Assembly: GCF_902713615.1 (NCBI RefSeq)
Contig: NW_024055785.1
Coordinates: forward strand, 186,001-250,000
Direction: 5' to 3'
DNA length: 64,000 nt
Origin: Scyliorhinus canicula
Taxonomy: Eukaryota
The position numbers and the translations under genes are program-made. The notes beneath the pieces were generated by a model. That model did not search any database and had not been told where the DNA came from. It saw nothing but the letters and a program-made list of their open reading frames with translations. This document shows positions 57,871 to 64,000 of the stretch, piece after piece (positions within the stretch are counted from its first letter, which is position 1; each line of letters opens with the position of its first letter).

Positions 57871-60339
57871 TAGCTTATGGCGACTTATGTTTAAATAATC
57901 AAATTGGGACAAGAAAGACTAAAAGCCAAAACCTCATCGCAGGCAGAATTAGTGCCACAAACGTTAAAGATAATTGTTGTTTTTTTGAACAAATGCTATT
58001 CACTGTTATTTTGTCCAAAGTAGTGGATTGTAAACAACAATCTGTTAAAGATTTGTGGGAATTATCTACACACACCCAGGTACTGTCAGAAGACAGGAAT
58101 AGCACAAGAGCAAAGCTGTACAATGATTGCATTTTATTCGGCCTCAATGAAGGACAGGGGTAGATACAGAAAAGGTGCTGGGAAAATGATTATTGATGGG
58201 CCATCCAACTGGTCCCATTCCTCTCATCCTTCAAATCTTAATACCTTAATATTTATCGATTATTTTCCAAAGATGCTATTAAATCTGATTCCATCATACT
58301 TTCCAGACCTGTGTTCAAGTTTATAACAACTATCTGTGTAAAAACAATCCTCCTGTTCAATACAATAAATCTGTGTCCTCTGGTTAAATACACTCCAGCC
58401 AGTTGCAATAGTTTCTCTCTAATTACTCGATTCAAACCTTCATGATTTTCTTTCGCAGTTTTATTAAATAGACACACATAAAGATGGAGAAAGATCCAGA
58501 GAGAGAGAGTGAAACTGACCGAAGAAATTAGAAAGAGAGAAGCGGGGTTGAGAGATAAAGGCTGAGAAACAGTAAAAACAAATTGCACTCAGAGAGGGAG
58601 AATGATAAAATAGTGAAAGGGAGCAATATATCTTTTCCTGGCTTCAGAGAACCGGGGAAACTCAGTGACTGATCCACTGACCATCCAATTATGCCCTGGA
58701 ATGGAAGCTTTGAACAGATCACAACCGGCTCATTTGTAAATGTCACCGCAATGTGACCTGTGTGACTCTGCCCTGACTCTGTGGGCAGATATAGGCCGCA
58801 CTGACAGATGTTCTCACCAGATTGTGGTCCCTGGATTTATTTTCTGCTCAGAAGTCAGATGTGCGGGTTGGAACCGGCAGCAGAGAAACAGGAAGTTGTG
58901 TTACCTGAGAATGAAACAGCAGGCGTCAGTTTCATGTTATCACCGTGAACAGTCTTCCTGCCTGTGAGGGTGAACTCACTCTGACAGCATCAAGAACACC
59001 CACACAGATTTCTGCCGGCTTCAGCATGACATTCATCCCCATTCCTTTAAAAAAGGTGGATTATTTTTTTAGAAGCACAGTAACCGATCGGAAGATGCTT
59101 AGATGATCTTCACTGGTCATAATACTAATAATCTGGAGAGAAGGAGGGAAATTAAAACAACAATCTGTTACAGAGGTTATACTAAAGTAGAAAGTTTGAA
59201 GTCACTTGATGTCTGAGAGCGAGAGAGCGAGAGCTAGACAGAAAGAGAGCGTGTGAGAGAAAGAGGGGGGGGGGTGGATAGAGAGAGAGGGGGAGAGAGT
59301 GAGAGGCGGGGGGAGAGAAAGGAGGTTAAGTGAACGAGCTAGTGTCTTTCTGGTACAGAATTTTCCTCTGATGAAGTTTTAGTGCTTCATTTTTTTAGAC
59401 CTGAAGTGCCTTCAACAAAAAAGATTTAAACACTAGGTGCCTGACCCGGCTGCTGTGTGCTGGTTAAAGTGAGTTAAGAGTGAGAGACAAAAGCGAGATC
59501 AACTGATTTAGGTGCAGCCTGAGACAGAGAAAGCCAGGTGAACCGATATGTAAGTAATTTGAAAGATATGTTTGCCTTTTCAATGGAATGAACAGCTTGA
59601 CATTACTGCATAGATCACTCAAGACCAGTAAATACTGAGTGCAGCATAGGATCTGGAAGGTAATCTCAATAAAATGTCGTCATGTGCTGAAAAATAATTG
59701 CAATTATTGGCAACGCCATTTGCAAACAATGAATAATGAAGTGTTCCAGACTAACCGGCCCTTATGGACATACAGGCACACACATAGACACACATATCCA
59801 CACACAGACACAAACACACACATACATACATACACAATTTCAGACTCTGTCTCTCACAATCAGTGGCCACACCAAAAGGAAACAGAAATCCACTCAGCAA
59901 AAAGTGTGAAAGACAATTCGGACCATGAAAGGAAACAGTAGGTAGTTGCCACAGATTTACACAAATCTGAATTATCATACATACCACAATGGAGTTTGTG
60001 ACTGTGTTGTGCAATTTGGAATTCAATATGGCTCCTGTGTTTCTGTTCCTCAGTCTGGTGATGAAGTGAATGGCACAAGATTCACTCCGATCTTTCAGCA
60101 ACATATTACACGTCCATTACCAGACCAATCACACAACATCAAATAGTTATTCATTATGCTTTTGTAAGTGAAATAAGTCTGAGAGAGGACAGAGAGAGAA
60201 TCAATATACGTGTAGTCTGTAACAGAGATGAGAACAGATCGGCAGTAGTTTTAAAGATGTATTTGCCTTTGCAACAAACGTCCATCACAGCTAATAGTCA
60301 TTAACACGACAAAATGTATTCTTCCAAAGTGAGTGTCAC

Positions 60340-60680
60340 AAGTCATTGGCGCAGTGGTATTTTCGCTGGACTAGTAATCCAGAGACCCAGAGTCAAGATC
60401 TGGGGACCCGGGCTCCCATCACGGCAGGTGGTGAAATTTCAATCAAGACAGATCAGGAATTAAACGTCTAATGATGACCAAGAAACCATTGTTCTGTGTA
60501 ATCAAAACCCATCTGGTTCACTGATGTCCTTCAGGGAAGGACATCTGTCGCCCTCAACTAGTCTGGTCTACATATGACTCCAGATGACTCGACAGCAATG
60601 TCGTTGACTCATAAATGCCCTCAGGGATGTATAAGAACTGCAGGATCAGCCAGCGACATCCACATCCCATGAACGAATAA
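60340..60680 (+). mobile_element. Old tRNA-derived SINE of a third family
   Basis: A-box-like tggcgcagtggt head followed by the shark repeat core aaaacccatctggttcactgatgtccttcagggaagga. Confidence 0.55.
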
Positions 60681-60774
60681 AAAGTATTTAGTATCTTGAA
60701 ATAAAATTCCATCTTTCTTTCTTTCTTTTTCTCTTTTTTTCTATCTTTTTTTCTATCTATCTATCTATCTCACG

Positions 60775-61120
60775 GGGCCTCACGGTAGCATTGGGGCCTC
60801 ACGGTAGCATGGTGGTTAGCATCAATGCTTCACAGCTCCAGGGTCCCAGGTTCGATTCCCGGCTGGGTCACTGTCTGTGTGGAGTCTGCAAGTCCTCCCC
60901 GTGTGTGCGTGGGTTTCCTCCGGGTGCTCCGGTTTCCTCCCACAGTCCAAAGATGTGCGGGTTAGGTGGATTGGCCATGCTAAATTGCCCGTAGTGTAAG
61001 GTTAATGGGGGGATTGTTGGGTAATGGGTATAGGGTGGATACGTGGGTTTAAGTAGGGTGATCATTGCTCGGCACAACATCGAGGGCCGAAGGGCCTGTT
61101 CTCTGCTGTACTGTTCTATC
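60775..61120 (+). mobile_element. HE1/V-SINE-like SINE, full length
   Basis: Head (with a duplicated first 18 nt), V-domain and tail. Confidence 0.9.
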
Positions 61121-61899
61121 TATCTTTTAGACACCCTTTATTGTTTGATTCATTTACGGGACATGGGGCCATTGATTGGGTCAGCAATAATGGCCCATTC
61201 CTAGTTGCCATTCAGAAGGTGGCGGTGAGCTGCCTTCTTGAATCGCTGAAGTCTCTGATATGCAGTTACACCCATACTCGTATTAGCGAGAGAACTCCAA
61301 TATTTTCACCCAACCACAGTGAAGGAACTGTGATATATTTGCAAGTCAAGATGGTAAGAGACTTGGAGAGGAACCTCCAGATGGCATTAATCCAAAGTAT
61401 CTGCTACTCTTGTCCTTGTTGGTAGTTGTTGCCATTGGTCTGGTAGGTGCTGAATATGAAACCTTGATTAGTTCCAACAGTAAATCTTGTGGATGGCAAC
61501 AATCAAGCGACTGATATTTCCTGGATGGTGTAAAGCTTCTTGAGGTTTGTTGAAGCTGCACTCCAGACAAGTGGAGAGTATTCCATTACACTTCTGACTT
61601 TTGTCTTGCAAATGATGGACAGGCTTTGGGCAATCGGGATGTGAGTTACTCGCCACAGGATTCCTACCCTTTGAACTGCTCTGGCAGCCACAGCATTCGT
61701 CTGGCTTGTCCAGTTCAGTTTCCGGTCAATGACAACCCCCAGGATGTTGATTGTGCGGTAATCAATGAAACTAAATCTGATGCACTATTCTGTGGGGTAG
61801 GAACGTTTGTTATACAAAGTGAGACACAGAAGACTTCAGCCGTGAATGAAACAGTAACAAAATAATATCAGAGAGTGGACGTCACATAGTATAAAAGGA

Positions 61900-63965
61900 A
61901 GGACGGCAGGAAGAGGGAAATCGACCGTGGATATCTAAGGAAATAAGTGAGAGTATCAAATTGAAGGAAAAGGCATAGAAAGTGGCAAAGATTAGTGGGA
62001 GATTAGAGGACTGGAAAATCTTTCGGGGGCAACGGAATGCTACTAAAAAAGCTATAAAGAAGAGTAAGATAGATTATGAGAGTAAACTTGCTCAGAATAT
62101 GGAAACAGACAGTAAAAGTGTCTTCAAATATATAAAACAAAAAAGAGTGGCTAAGGTAAATATTGGTCCTTTGGAGGATGAGAAGGGAGTTTTAATAATG
62201 GGAGATGGGGAAATGGCTGAGGAACTGAACTGTTTTTTTGGGACGGTCTTCACAGTGGAAGACACAAATAACATGCCAGTGACTGATGGAAATGAGGCTA
62301 TTGCAGGTGAGGACATGGAGATTATTGTTATCACTAAGTAAGTAGTGATGGCAAGCTAATGGAGCTAAAGTTAGACAAGTCTCCTGCCCTGGTGGAATGC
62401 ATCCCAGAGTGCTAAAATAGATGGCTAGGGAAATTGCAAATGCACTAGTGATAATTTATCAAAATTGACGAGACTCTGGGGTGGCCCCGGCGGATTGGAA
62501 ATTAGCAAACGTGACAGCACTGTTTAAAAATGTAGGTAGTCAGGGAGCGGGTAATTATAGGCCAGTTAGCCGAACTTCGGTCGTAGGGAAGATGCTGGAA
62601 TCTATCATCAAGGAAGAAATAGCGAGGCATCTGGATGGAAATTGTCCCATTGGGCAGACGCAGCATGGGTTCATAAAAAGAAAGTTGTTCCTAACTAATT
62701 TAGTGGAATTTTTTGAGGGCATTGCCAGTGCGGTAGATAACGGCGAGCCAATGGATGTGGTATATCTGGATTTCCAGAAAGCCTTTGACAAGGTGCCACA
62801 CAAAAGAGATCTGCATCAGATAAAGATGCATGGCATTAAGGGTAAAGTAGTAGCATGGATAGAGGATTGATTAATTAATAGAAAGCAAAGAATGGGGACT
62901 AATGGGTGTTTCTCTGGTTGGCAATCAGTAGCTAGTGGTGTCCCTCAGGGTTCAGCATTGGGCCCACAATTGTTCACAATTTGCATAGATGATTTGGAGT
63001 TGGGGGACCATGGGCAATGTGTCCAAGATTGCAGACGACACTAAGATGAGTGGTAAAGCAAAAGGTGCAGAGGATACCGGAAATCTGCAGAGGGATTTGG
63101 ATAGGTTAAGTGAATGGGCTAGGGTCTGGCAGATGGAATACGATGTTGACAAATGTGAGGTTATCCATTTTGGTAGGAATAATAGCAAAGGGGATTATTA
63201 TTTAAACAATAAAATATTAAAACATGCCGCTGTGCAGAGAGACCTGGGTGTGCTCGTGCATGAGTCGCAAAACGTTGGTTTACAGGTGCAACAGGTGATT
63301 AAGAAGGCAAATTAAATTTTGTCCTTCATTGCTAGAGAGATGGAGTTTAAGACTAGGGAGTTTATGCTTCAATTGTATAATGTGTTAGTGAGGCCACACC
63401 TGGAGTATTGTGTTCAGTTTTGGTCTCCTTACCTGAGAAAGGACGAATTGGCGCTGGAGGGTATGCAGAGGAGATTCACTAGGTCAATCCAGAGTTGAAG
63501 GGGTTGGATTACGAGGAGAGGTTGAGTATACTGGGACTGTACTCGTTGGAATTTAGAAGGATGCGGGGGATCTTATAGAAACATAGAAAATTATGATGGG
63601 AATAGATAGGATAGATGCGGGCAGGTTGTTTCCACTGGCGGGTGAAAGCAGAACTAGGGTGCATGGCCTCAAAATAAGAGGAAGTAGATTTAGGACTGTG
63701 TTTAGGAGGAACTTCTTCACCCAAAGGGTTGAGAATCTATGGAATTCCTTGCCCGGTGAAGCAGTTGAGGCTCCTTCATTAAATGTTTTTAAGATAATGA
63801 TAGATCGTTTTTTGAAGAATAAATGGGTTAAGGGTTATGGTGCTCGGGCCGGAAAATGGAGCTGAGTCCAAAAAAGATCAGCCATGATCTCATTGAATGG
63901 CGGAGCAGGCTCGAGGGGCCAGATGGCCTACTCCTGCTCCTAGTTCTTATGTTCTTACGTTCTTA
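61900..63965 (+). mobile_element. 5'-truncated CR1 LINE (RT and 3' end), with stops and frameshifts
   Basis: PADWKLANVTALFK...NYRPVS.TSVVGKMLE...DVVYLDFQKAFDKVPH...ADDTK...LQRDLDRLSEWARVWQMEYDVDKC; (ttcttatg)n tail. Confidence 0.9.
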
Positions 63966-64000
63966 TAAATGGAGACATGGTTCAATTTTACAAATGCTTG

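Noticed and set aside
58800-58900. Cluster of Runx (TGTGGT), Ets (CAGGAAGT) and E-box words suggesting a T-cell enhancer
   Set aside because: Short motifs are expected by chance and there is no conservation or chromatin evidence.

Overview
This is a 64-kb window of cartilaginous-fish genomic DNA, probably a catshark; that assignment is inferred from the HE1/V-SINE, CR1, Rex1 and Penelope repeat content. Three systems are interleaved. (1) A T-cell-receptor V-segment array lies on the minus strand, alpha/delta-like, and every segment has a 23-bp-spacer RSS. Two V genes are intact with leader, intron, V exon and RSS (49922-50359 and 51245-51727), and four are pseudogenes. (2) Amplified tRNA-gene arrays carry His-GTG, Asn-GTT, many Val copies with AAC/CAC/TAC/GAC anticodons, decayed Arg-ACG-derived copies and five copies of a tRNA-Pro(TGG). 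The Pro copies have an 18-nt insertion exactly at the canonical 37/38 intron position. Much of the array is a ~2.3-kb unit built from Val-TAC, an Arg pseudogene, Val-AAC and a Penelope relic. (3) An intact two-exon GPR139/GPR142-like GPCR gene lies on the plus strand (25367-31538), bracketed by minisatellites. The remainder is SINEs, LINE fragments, Penelope GIY-YIG relics and short Penelope-type elements carrying minimal hammerhead ribozyme motifs. The most unusual observation is the intron-containing vertebrate tRNA-Pro(UGG) family. No D, J or C segments were found. Repeat boundaries are approximate and family names come from recognition, not database searches.
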